Positions 38,001 to 55,275 of a DNA stretch of 64,000 nucleotides are shown here, one piece after another. Every line of letters starts with the position of its first letter. The first letter of the stretch is position 1. The DNA is taken from positions 10,758,209 through 10,822,208 of the forward strand of contig NW_002060943.1 of assembly GCF_000150275.1 (NCBI RefSeq). The letters are read 5' to 3'. A program made the translations under genes and the position numbers. The DNA is from Trichoplax adhaerens. Taxonomy: Eukaryota > Animalia > Placozoa. The notes beneath the pieces are model-generated. The model did not search any database, was not told the origin of the DNA, and was given only the letters and a program-made list of their open reading frames with translations.

Positions 38001-41000
38001 AATAATGCTTAAAGTTTTAAATCATTTGATTGTTTTCTTAACCAGATTAAAGTTTAAGAAATGCATAGAATAGCCATTTGATTCATGTATAAATTAGATT
38101 ATTCTCATCATAAGGAATCAAAAGTAAATATCATTATCGGTTTATTCCATGTTGAAGATTCATGGAAGGTATTTTGCCAGGTAGGAAAGATTTATATCCA
38201 TTAGAATCTCTGTATTAGTAAGTCATTCAGTTAATCCATCATTGCTGCTATCAAAACAACCAATTTTAATTTGCTAAATGGATAAATAGAGGTCGCGTAT
38301 TTTAATTTAAACAGATGACATTAATCTACTTGTAACTTTGTATATGTTACAGTTTTTAATTTCTATGATAAACGATTGAATTAGGCTTTTACGTTACAGA
38401 TCTGCGTGATTGCACGAGAGACAGAAATTTTAACTAATAAAGATAGCCATAAACACAGCAACTTCTAATTAAAATAAAATTTAATCCGTCTTTGTTTTAA
38501 TTATTAATTGTATCAGCCAACCAGCATGGTAATTAGCTTTTTAATTGGCAATCTATACTTATAGAAGAGATAAAATTTTAAGTAGGATGTAAGTTTGTCT
38601 ACCAGCACAGGACCTTTAGTTTTAAATAAGTTTTAATTGGAATATAACTTTGCATTTTTGCCTATATCGATCAACGTTTTAAATTCGGATTTACGTTGGT
38701 AATCTACGTAATGATAGAAGAAATAGTACTTTTATTTAGCAAATGAATTAACGAATATGATACTTTTCATTAAAAAAGATTTAATATAGCGAAATGAAAC
38801 TTTATATTGTTACTGGTCTGATTTTAACCATATCGACCAACACTTTGAATTAGGCTTTTAAGTTAGCCATTTATGGATACGATTACGCTTGGATTATTCC
38901 TAGTTGGCTGTCTAAAGAATTTTGGATAAAGTCTAACAACATCCAAGGTGTAAATTGCACCTATGACCAAATACTACAAGCATCACAATATTCCCTTGCC
39001 ATTGATCATTCAAAGAGCAATGTACTAAATAGATCGACAGTATCGGGCATGGTATATATTTCATAATTTTTTTACCAATCTAGTAGATAAAATGAGATCA
39101 TCAGATTAAGAGTTTAATTATATATCTGATTATTTCATTTCTAGTAGAGATTTATCCTTTCTTGTGTTCATGCTATTTCTTTACATATTCATTCCTTAGA
39201 GTAGATTTAAATATGAAGTTGGTTTCTGATAAAGCAATCAAAGTTTTGGTTATATAATATTAATTATAATTTTATGGTAATATATGCAGACTCCATTAAT
39301 GTTTCGGCGACGATACCAAGAGCGACTTCAAACTAATAATTACACTTGCCGAATAAATCCTTATGCTGGGTTTGGTTACGATGCTGTGTGGGCAGTTGCA
39401 CTAGCTTTAGATAATTCCATTCAAGAATTAAAAATGTACAACAAGACTTTAACTGACTTTAGTTATAACGATTCAGAGATGGGTGGCATAATTTTACATC
39501 AAATGGGGCTAATCGAGTTTGAAGGAGTAACAGTAAGAAAGTGCTTTCTAACTAACTAAATATTTTAATGGAAGAATAAGCCAGCTTAGCTTATATTTTT
39601 TAACCTTATTAATGTTAAAGTGCAACTTTATTCATATTATTATGATATTTTGGTACCTCAATTTAGAATTATATTAAGTTTGATAAGTTTGGAAATGTTC
39701 AGCCACGTAAGACCTATTTAAAGCAGTTACAAGGTATCTTTAATAAGCTTTCAACAATGAATTTTATTAAGCTTAGTCAGGAATGAGTTTGGTATTAAAG
39801 AAAATTATTACAGTAGGTGACACTATCATAACGATGCTATTTCTAATTAAATATTCTTATTCTTCATACTTGTAGGTGGAGAATTACAAATTGTCGGCAT
39901 TATTTTAGCTAATTCTAACCGAATTAGCTATCAGAGTCCCCAAGTATCTCCGTTGATATGGCCAGGTAACATGCCGAAGACTATTAATACGATGCCTAAT
40001 GTCTTCACTCAATTTTTTCATACAGATTTAGTAACTATCTTATATTAACTTACGCTTTTGGTTTGTCTTATATTATCATTTGATGATATTGGGATGAAAT
40101 AGTATTTCTACTGTAGTAACTATATTTTTCTCTACTACTATATTCACCTTAAAATTATTGATCTTTTCGTTTACTTTACTCTACGGTACTCTTTGATGTT
40201 ATATGGAAGAAATACAGTACTATAACTAATATACCTGGTAATTTTATGATTTTTCTCCGTTAACTGAACAACTACCTTGAGATTATAAGGCTCTTCATTT
40301 TATCATTTGCTACTATAAGTTAAAATAAGATCAATACGCTTTGAATAGAATAGAGTTTGGTTTCCCTTGTCTTTAGTCACTACTCTTAAATTTTCTAATC
40401 TTCATTTATCTAATTTAGATGACCACACTCCGGTTGCAAAATATCGTTTTGTCCTCATCAATATTGGAATTTCCCCAATACAGTTTTATTTTATGACAGT
40501 CTTAGCGGTAACTGGTATTTTACTCTCCACGACATTAATTATGTGTAATTTCAAATTTAGGCAGGAAAGGTAACTAAAAATTGATGAATACTCGTGCAGC
40601 CCAGGCCGCAGCATAAGATTTGTTTCTTAAAAACGTTTGCAATCTCAGTATATCAGTTACTAATTATAGCAGTTTCTATATAATAACAATTGTAGCTCTC
40701 TGGTTACCTAGCTTATTAAATTTTTAATGTTATTAGTGTAATAAGGTACAGTTCTACATTAAATTAACTCTATAGCACAATGATGTAATATTAAAAGGTC
40801 TTTAAACTTTCAACTGAACAATAAATAATGGAATTATTTATGTGATTGAATTAAGCACATATAACGTTACTAAGTTCTTAAGTATTATGTACGCGTATAC
40901 TAGCACAATTTAGTGATCATAATATTAATAAATTTGATAAATAGCTAACGATAAACATTGATATTTGTTCGTCGTAGTTTTTATCCCATCGAGAATAAAT

Positions 41001-42551
41001 AATAAATTTTAGTCAACAACTATTACAATGTTAGAAGAAAATCTCTCAGCTTATAATCTTGGTCTAATTAATTTTACTTAACTTACAATATAATTTAATT
41101 TCAATTGTTACAGAAATGTCAAAATGTCAAGTCCGAAGTTAAATTATCTTGTTCTACTTGGTTGTATAATTTTATACATTGCTGTTATCGTCATGGGTAT
41201 TGATGGAAAAGATTGGATTACCAAACTTTGCATGGTTTGCTAGAATGAATCTCGTATCAAAATGGATTGTCCAGAGTTTTTAGTTACCAATGTTGGTTTA
41301 GGTGCTTCAATTCTAATATTTACTTTTTCTATTGAAATTCTTAGCTAACTCCGTGGTTTATATGCGTGGGTTTTACTTTAGCTGCTGGTGCACTCTTCAC
41401 CAAGACTTATCGAGTATACAGGCTGTTGACAGCAAAGACTAAACTTCGAGCTGTAAGCATTGCTAGAATTTTTTCGTTCTTTAAGCTGAAAAAGGTAGAC
41501 TAGAATTCCTTTATAACTGCTTCAAATTATAATATACACAACTATAGCCAATTCGAGACCACCATTTATACGCCATCATTTTCATTCTGTTGGTCATTGA
41601 AGCTGGTATATTAACTGCTTGGACAGTAGTTGACCCGTTGCATTCAGAGATAGCTTATAAAGTTTTAGATGTAAGAAATTGATCTCAGATGCATCATTAT
41701 TTTTACGATGTATTTTTGTTATGAATATCCTTTGAAACTTCTAATAATGGATTTCGTATCAATCAATAAATTAGATACCAATAGCAGAAAGAGGCACACG
41801 TTATTGTGGATATTATTTTCAATGCAATTGTAAATATAAAACATATTGGTTTGTTACAACTATATCTCTCAATGCCGTTATACTTTTGTTTGGTGCTTTC
41901 TTGGCATACGAGACAAGGAATATCAAGATCACTTCAATGAACGATTCAAAAGAAATTGCTATATGTATTTATAACATTATACTTTTGTGTGGTGTGGCCA
42001 TTGCGGTTTACATAACGACGCCAAAACATAGTGGCATCACCTATGGAATATCTGGAGGACTAATTTTATATTGTACTACTTCTTCGCTGTGCATTCTTTT
42101 CGTTCCTAAAGTAAGTGTCCTAACTTTAATGCTGAGAAACTCCGTACAATTATGCCTAAAAGCATATCTCGCATAGTCTATGTCTTCACTTAAAAAAATC
42201 TCATTTATGATTCAATCGTTTTTAGATTGTGAGAAATTGTAAGTTAATCAAGCGTCGTCGACCAAGTTGCAGTACTGAAGCTAGTTGTAATACGAGTGTA
42301 ATGTTATCATACGACACATTTCAAGAGGTTAGTAGACAAATTTCTGAATCGTTCAGTAGGACTGCTTACAAAGGTATCTAATGACCTAAACTTGATAATA
42401 AATAGTTTTATTATTTTTTGGCGAATTCATTTAACAGAAAGAGAATGAAATTAGAAAACTCAAGCAAGAAGTTGATCGATTGCAATCTACACTACAAGTA
42501 CTGAACTGTACAGATACCAAAAAATACGACAGGAGTGATCCTTCTGAGTAG
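35063..42551 (+). CDS. GABA-B receptor-like class C GPCR, paralog 3 (~800 aa, C-terminal coiled coil)
   Basis: Exons 35063-35338, 35968-36105, 37588-37758, 37883-37990, 38115-38180, 38854-39051, 39290-39532, 39667-39733, 39876-39965, 40419-40569, 41114-41234, 41345-41452, 41548-41670, 41775-42110, 42226-42327, 42438-42551. Motifs: LYIGGLFP, FPTFFRT, GYDAVWAVALAL, VKMSSPKLN, FGAFLAYETRN, NDSKEIAICIYN, LFVPK; tail FQEKENEIRKLKQEVDRLQSTL. Confidence 0.93.
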
Positions 42552-43220
42552 TCCATTAGAGTTACGTATATTTGAGTAAATATAATGTCGATAGTTCTAT
42601 ATACGCGTATGCAAATAGCAACCGTAGAATATTACAACTTTACAATTAAATTACACAACCTGCATTATTTCATTAAGTATATGTTTATAGCAACCACGAT
42701 CATTAAAATAGTTTAATATTGCGGTTATATTTTAAGATCAAAGTATAAATAGAAATTATAGGGTATATGGTACTCATATTTTTTCACTTCTAATGCTTAG
42801 TCGCATGAAAATCTATGCTATATCATGAATTTTTCTTTCTTTCTTACAATGTTCGAGATTGCAATTTCCTTCAACGTTTTGACATTAGGCAATGTTACAC
42901 TTTGATGACAGCCATCTCATCTCTTTACTTTAGCTCTGTTTTAATACAAATTAACTTTACATAATAGACGAAGTTTAATCTTTATTTCAAGCAATTGTTT
43001 GAAAAGTGTCGAATAATTAAATGTGAAAATCCAAGAGTTGTATGAATTAAGTTAATATCGCTGAAGGACATCTATAAAATGAAGAAATTAATAAATAGTG
43101 ACAATCTTTGATTGTACTATGTTCATTATCAATAATGCTTTGCATTACGAGCACTATCAAGGCAATTACGACGGTCAGAGTCACGCCTAAGGGCAAAGAA
43201 ATACTATTTCCGTCACCACC

Positions 43221-49282
<6,062 letters not shown>

Positions 49283-49481
49283 AGTTGCGATTTATTTTGA
49301 AATCGATTTTCTTGACAGCTTAGCTAGTATTACATTCTACTGTACAGTATACGCGTCTACTTGCTGGTTCATTTATTATTAATTCTTATTCGTGTTTCAG
49401 TCAGTCGGTTGTACTGTACAGTACCGTACACAAGCAAGCAGAAAAATCTGGCGGAGTACGGTAATTTAGAGCAGGCTAAGT

Positions 49482-49499
49482 TTTTGGCGGGAATTTGAT
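49482..49499. promoter_or_regulatory. E2F site (TTTTGGCGGGAA) with adjacent CHR-like TTTGAT, ~200 bp upstream of the RECQL4 ATG
   Basis: Matches the TTCCCGCCAAA-type E2F element typical of replication-gene promoters. TTTGAA also occurs at ~49296 and ~49602. Confidence 0.6.
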
Positions 49500-49554
49500 T
49501 CTTTCTAACCAGTACAGTACTACGGACCATTACAGTGTACAGTACTGTAGAGAC

Positions 49555-49953
49555 TACAGTACTGTACTGTACACTACTGGAAGTTTTTTTTACCACTGAA
49601 ATTTGAAACCTTACAACAAGTCGACAGTAAACTGTCCCCCCTATCAGGGGTTTCTCGATTTTGTACTTAACTTTTTGCTATACTCTAATTAATGAAGAAA
49701 TTGATGACTAGAGAAACAGTGTAGATGGTTCCCATCAACATCACAGACAGTCTGTACGGTACAGTACAACGTACTGCACTGTACACTACTGGAAGTTTTT
49801 TAACCACTGAAACCTGAAACCTCACAGAGGTCAATAGTAAACTGTGTCCTCTATCACGGGCTTCTCGATTTTGTACTCCACTTTTTGCTGTACTCTAACT
49901 CATGAAGAAATTGATGACTAAAGAAACAGTGTAGATTGTTCCCATCAACATCA
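49555..49953 (+). repeat. Tandem duplication, ~210-bp period, in the RECQL4-RBM39 intergenic region
   Basis: ctgtacactactggaagttttt...gttcccatcaacatcac occurs at ~49567-49744 and ~49779-49954 with scattered mismatches. Confidence 0.9.
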
Positions 49954-50324
49954 CCAATCCTGCACTCTGTACTTGGGATAAATTTCCCCCCCCCCAAAAA
50001 AAAAAGTTGAGAGGTCCTTGCCTGCCTCTAGTAGCAATGTTGACTTGGTAGTTCATAGATTAAAGATGATTTTGAGGCCATTTGCTTCATTGTCAATGAT
50101 TTTTTTGCCCTGAGTTATTCACAAAAGGGCAAAAACCTACAGTACTACAATACAGTGTACTGTAGAGTAGAATACTAGCAAGTACTGTATTCGACGGCAC
50201 AAGTGTGCATGCTCATTGTGGCACGTGCACACACTCACTAGACTGTAATGTTTCATGCTACACTGCTAGTCCAATACTGGCATAACTCATTGTTGGCTGC
50301 TTGGAAGTAAAAAGTGCGACGAGT

Positions 50325-50418
50325 TCACTTTTCTCGCTGCCATTTTCTTCGGACGTTCCCTGGCAATCGTTTATCGCGCCGTTCTTCATCATTGCTTTTC
50401 TGAAACGTTCTTTTGCGG
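50325..50418 (+). promoter_or_regulatory. Probable RBM39 TSS and non-coding exon 1 with YY1-like motif
   Basis: Pyrimidine-rich Inr-like tcacttttctc, GCTGCCATTTT (YY1-type, 50336-50346), and a strong donor GG|GTAAGT after 50418. Confidence 0.5.
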
Positions 50419-50752
50419 GTAAGTATTAAGATTCTATGATAGGCAAAAGTTGATAGAATACGCTCAGTATGGTAGTAATTCAAATACTTCCAACTATTTG
50501 CAAACTATTGTGCTTGCATGTCCTTTTCCACACTACAATACTGTACCATCGTGTCATCTTGATACATTGACTGGACGTAGACTACAGAGCTGTAGTGAAT
50601 GCTTAGATATAAAGTTTAATCCAACTAGTCGACTTTTAACGATTCTGAATTATTCTATTATTGTTTAAGAAAGAAAATTTCATTTTGTGATTTAGGTGCG
50701 TAACCTTTACAGGTGAAATCTTGCTATATTTGGTGACTAAATAATACAAAAT

Positions 50753-53700
50753 ATGGCTGATGATATTAATGTCGATGAATTGATCGAAGCACCTTATAAG
50801 AAGACTGAGGTAACGGGTTTCGATTATAACATGCTGATAGTAAAAATAACTTACTGAGAATGGATCGAGACGCTTGAGTATTTTGCAGATAGTACAGTAG
50901 TAAAGTTTATAGCACTACTAAACAACTTCAAGTAGAATATACGCTTTGGTGCAATGGAAACCTCAAAGTCTTCTGCATCGATGTAGTAGTACTGTATATG
51001 TATATATATAGATTGTACTATAATAGTGCAATAGTCCTTCAATATGCAAGAGGGATAAAAGTGATTACGATCCCTGCTCTTTGCAGTACTTATGATATAT
51101 ACGTAGAAAGATTGCATACTATTGTATGCATGTACTGTACAATAGTACGTAAATCAGCATAAGATGCTAAATTCGCATATAAAAATTGGACGTTTTTACT
51201 GCATATGATAAAAGCACGCCACTGCTTAGCCATGTCTATGCGGATACGGTACTGTAGTTTCAATATAGCCTATGGCTAATAACTGTGTAATGACGCTTAT
51301 TTCTATTCAAATCTGAATTAAGCCGGATGATTAGCTAAAACTGCTGTTCTGTTCCGTTATAATGTAGAATGTAGTTGTATAGTACTGTACTTTGTGTTCT
51401 ATATAACTTGATGGAATCAAGTAATTTTCATGTCCTTGAGAAATTACAAGTCAACATACTCGTAAAACGTGTAATCGTAACTAGTAATGCACTTGGTATA
51501 TTGTAACTCCTTCGTTGTTGAACAAGTATACAGACAGTATTGGCAAGTATTATATTTTATTTCTTTAATGAAGACTAGTTTTCTATAAATACTGAGTGTG
51601 TAGGACTCAAAATTGTTTCATGATATCGATATAGCTTGCGATACAGTACAATATACATGGATTGTTATAATAAATTGACTATTCAGTACGTACGTGGAAA
51701 TCTAGCAACCTGCATCATTATCTGTTATAAAGATCAGTTCGTTATATTATTCCTGAGAAAAGGATATGAAAAACTATGCGTGCTTATACAAGAATTGGTG
51801 TGGGTCTGTCCACAAATAACTATGATGCTGACAGTTGTATGCATTCTCTTTTCTAGAGCTTATTGACTTTTACAACGTGCTTACAGCTTGAAGTTATATT
51901 GAGGTAGAGAACAGTTTGGGAGAAATCGTCTCACTTTGCGTCACTGCTGATATTTAAATTGTACTCGTTGTAGTAGTACATTTCTGTAGGTTTACCATTT
52001 CGTCTAAATTAACAATTACCTGGGCACTTATGATACTATCACTCATCGATTGTGCGTCATGAGAGAATTCGCATTAACATTGCTATGCGTCGTTGTTATT
52101 TGTATTCGGGATTCGTATTGTGTTAAGACTTTGATACAGTATATTTGTTTTGTTCAGATAATTCGCTTCCGTTGCATTTATTCTACTTTAAATAATAGTT
52201 GGTATTGCGATATGCCTCGACCGTATGCGTTATGTTGTCTGCTTCTAGGCCTGCTGCTGTCAATACGTAACCATTGGTGTTCGATTGATAGATCGAGAGA
52301 TTGAGTAATCGATTGTTGTCAGTCGATGAAAGCAAGGAAGCTACCCGAATACTTAGCTGCATCATGCTGATAAATTACCAATTTTTTTTTCTTGAAAAAT
52401 ATTTCAAATCCTTAATTATAGAATGAAGTGAAGCCCATAGAAGAAGATAAAGACAAGGACCAAGAAAAGAACGACGCTAGTGGAGATCGCAAGAGGTAAA
52501 TATCGTCCGCCATAGTTCAAATGAAAATTTTAGTCACAATTGTAAATCCCTATGGACTTTTACTTGACATTGATTATACTAAACTATGAATTTTTATATA
52601 ATACTGCTTAATATGATAAAATATAGTAAAAGCAAGAAAAGAAAAAAGAGTAGAAGCCGCAGTAGCAGTCCTCGACGACGTAGTCGATCTCCACGTCGTC
52701 GTAGTCGATCTCCACGTCGTCGTAGTCGATCTCCACGCCGTCGTAGTCGATCGCCACGCCGTCGTAGTCGATCGCCTCGCCGTCGTCGATCCCCTCGCCG
52801 TCGGTCTCCAAAACATAGGCATCGGTACAGTGATGAAAAAATGTTGTAATTTTTTTCCAGATTGCGACTTTTGAATAACTGGATAGACTGTCAAAAGCTT
52901 AAGATTGTTAGCGTTATTATATTACATTTACTGCACCGTTGATCACACTATATGTTAATTCAACTTAAAATGATAGGAGGAGTAGAAGCCGAAGCCACGA
53001 TCGTCATCGTAGAAGAAGTAGGAGTAGAGATAAGGAAAGTAAGCATGGAGGAAGACGCAAGAGTCGTAGTAAAAGTAAGAGTCCAGCTCAACCTGCGGAA
53101 AGGTAACGATGCAAAATGGTTAACCTCTAAATTTTGCTAATTGGTATTAATGTAACTACAAACCCTAAAATGGATGATAAAGTTATACATAAGATTCAAT
53201 TCGCATTGATTTATTTAGGCCTCCACGTGCAGCTTCACCTCAGCTAACTCCAGATGAAAGGGATCAGAGGACAGTATTTTGCATGCAGTTAGCTGGTAGA
53301 ACTGGTAGAAGACAACTGGAAGAATTATTTTCTCCTGTTGGGGAGGTACCATATGATTTAATTGTCCCAAATTAAAGTTATTAAGATGTAGAGTAAATGA
53401 AAGTCAGAAGAGATCTTATATCCGTTTGCTATTTCGTGTCGAAAATACAGTTTTAACTCGCAGCATGCAGCTTTCGTTCTGTATTTGACATTGTATCATT
53501 TATCGAAATTAACGATCTTAACATTTTAACGTTTCAGATGCGAGATATACGGGTTATTGCTGATCGTAATTCCCGTCGGTCCAAAGGCATTGCTTATGTT
53601 GAATTTCGTCTAGTAGATTCTGTCGATAAAGCACTGAAGTTAAATGGTACGAAAGTTGAAGGAATTCCAATAATGATCCAACGTACTCAGTCAGAGAAGA

Positions 53701-55275
53701 ATAAGTGAGTCTTGATAATTTCACGTGTTAACTATATTATCCATGGTATAATTCAGATAAAACTTGCTTATAGGATTGCTGCACTGCAAGCTCAGCAGAA
53801 AGCACAGCAAGGACCAACGCGTTTATATATCGGGTCGTTACATTACAACATTAACGAAGATATGCTGCGTGCTATTTTTGAACCGTTCGGATTGGTAATA
53901 TGATGCTGCATACGAATTATGTCAATATATCGCTGTATTCTTAATGACATTTGCATGATCGGAAGTTACCGTTTCTATGTTAAAAAACGATAGGTTGAAA
54001 ACGTAAACATAATAAGAGATAGTGATACCAATGTTTCAAAGGGATATGGATTCATTCAGGTAGTATAAACTATTGTACCAGTTCGTGATATTGATGATCT
54101 ATTTTGTTAGTCAGTTTCTCTAATGTAAGCCTAACTTTTCAAGTTATACGTTAATGTGTCTGAGTTTAAGCAACTGATGCAGGAGTAAATTTTAATCATG
54201 TTTTATTGATTCATGATAATATACAGTACAAAGAACCTGATAGTGCTAGAAGAGCTCTTGAGCAACTCAACGGTCTGGAGGTGGCAGGTAGACCAATTAA
54301 AGTTGGCACCGTAACCGATAGAAGTGCTGATTTGTCAGCAATGTCTGCACTAGATGATGATGACACCGAAAGAGGTGGAATCGAAATGAATTCGTTATCA
54401 CGTGTTGCGTTGATGGCTAAATTATCTCAGACACATAATGCCAGTAAGTTTGATAATTAGAGTTTAATTCCGTACTGCATCATATCTCCTTTTATTAAAA
54501 GTTTTTAACATTAACTTCTTTGTCTTGCAAACAATTTTTAATGCATTTTATATCTGCTTAAAGATTTAAACCCACCTACCGCATTAAGCAATACTTCCTC
54601 AGCTACTGTGCCGGTGTCTGTGCCGGTGCCTGTGCCTGTGCCTGGACCAACTCTTCCTGCTACTGGTCTAATTCCGGCAGCTAATACGGTGCAAGCTTCG
54701 CCTTGTTTCTTAATATCGAATATGTTTGACCCAGCTAAGTAAGTACGCTTTTGCCGTCACTTTTTTGAAAATCTTGAATTTATGTTTAGAGATGTTGTTT
54801 ACTACAGAGAAACGGATCAGGATTGGGATTTAGATATCCGTGACGATATCATTGAAGAGTGCAACAAGCATGGAAATGTTTACCATGTATATGTAGATAA
54901 AACTTCCCCTGTAAGACTTCTGTTGCTTCCTAGTTTCACTTGAGCTTATTATTTACCATGCCTAACCCTACGTGTGTAATTCTTTTGTCATTCGTAGAAA
55001 GGTATTGTGTACGTAAAGTGTCAAACGATTGATGTTGCTGCTAGGGCGGTTAAGTCTCTAAATGGGAGATGGTTTGCAGGTATAATCGCTACCCTTTTAG
55101 TACTATTGTTCGATTAAGTAATAAATGGAATTACTATGTGACTCGCAACTAAGTTAGGAGTGTTTCTTTCATAGGTAACATGATCACAGCACAATTTTTA
55201 TCATTGGCGAGCTATCATACGACCTTTCCACAAGCAGCGAATGCTAATACACCATTGAAGCCTTCTGCGTCATAG
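50753..55275 (+). CDS. RBM39: Splicing factor RBM39/CAPER (RS domain, two RRMs, UHM)
   Basis: Coding exons 50753-50809 (MADDINVDELIEAPYKK), 52422-52495, 52627-52824, 52977-53102, 53219-53345 (ERDQRTVFCMQL), 53538-53704 (RRSKGIAYVEF), 53774-53894 (RLYIGSLHYNI), 53994-54059, 54227-54444, 54603-54738 (or from 54564), 54808-54910, 54998-55079 (LNGRWFAG), 55175-55275. RBM39/RBM23 family. Confidence 0.96.
52668..52810 (+). repeat. Coding 21-bp tandem repeat (RRRSRSP)n in the RBM39 RS domain
   Basis: Unit cgtcgtcgtagtcgatctcca, ~5 near-perfect copies plus degenerate ones. Confidence 0.92.

Larger units (their letters stand above)
49335..50190. repeat. TACTG/CAGTA pentamer-rich tracts in the divergent RECQL4-RBM39 promoter
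   Basis: e.g. cagtacagtactacgg...cagtgtacagtactgtagagactacagtactgtactgtacactactgg; tacagtactacaatacagtgtactgtag. Confidence 0.7.

Noticed and set aside
4258-42551. Assigning GABBR1 or GABBR2 gene symbols
   Set aside because: Pocket residues are not GABBR1-like and orthology cannot be established without a phylogeny; they look like lineage-specific paralogs.
52574-52894. Antisense repetitive ORFs (WRSTTT)n and (EIDYDD)n
   Set aside because: Shadow frames of the RBM39 RS-domain 21-bp repeat.
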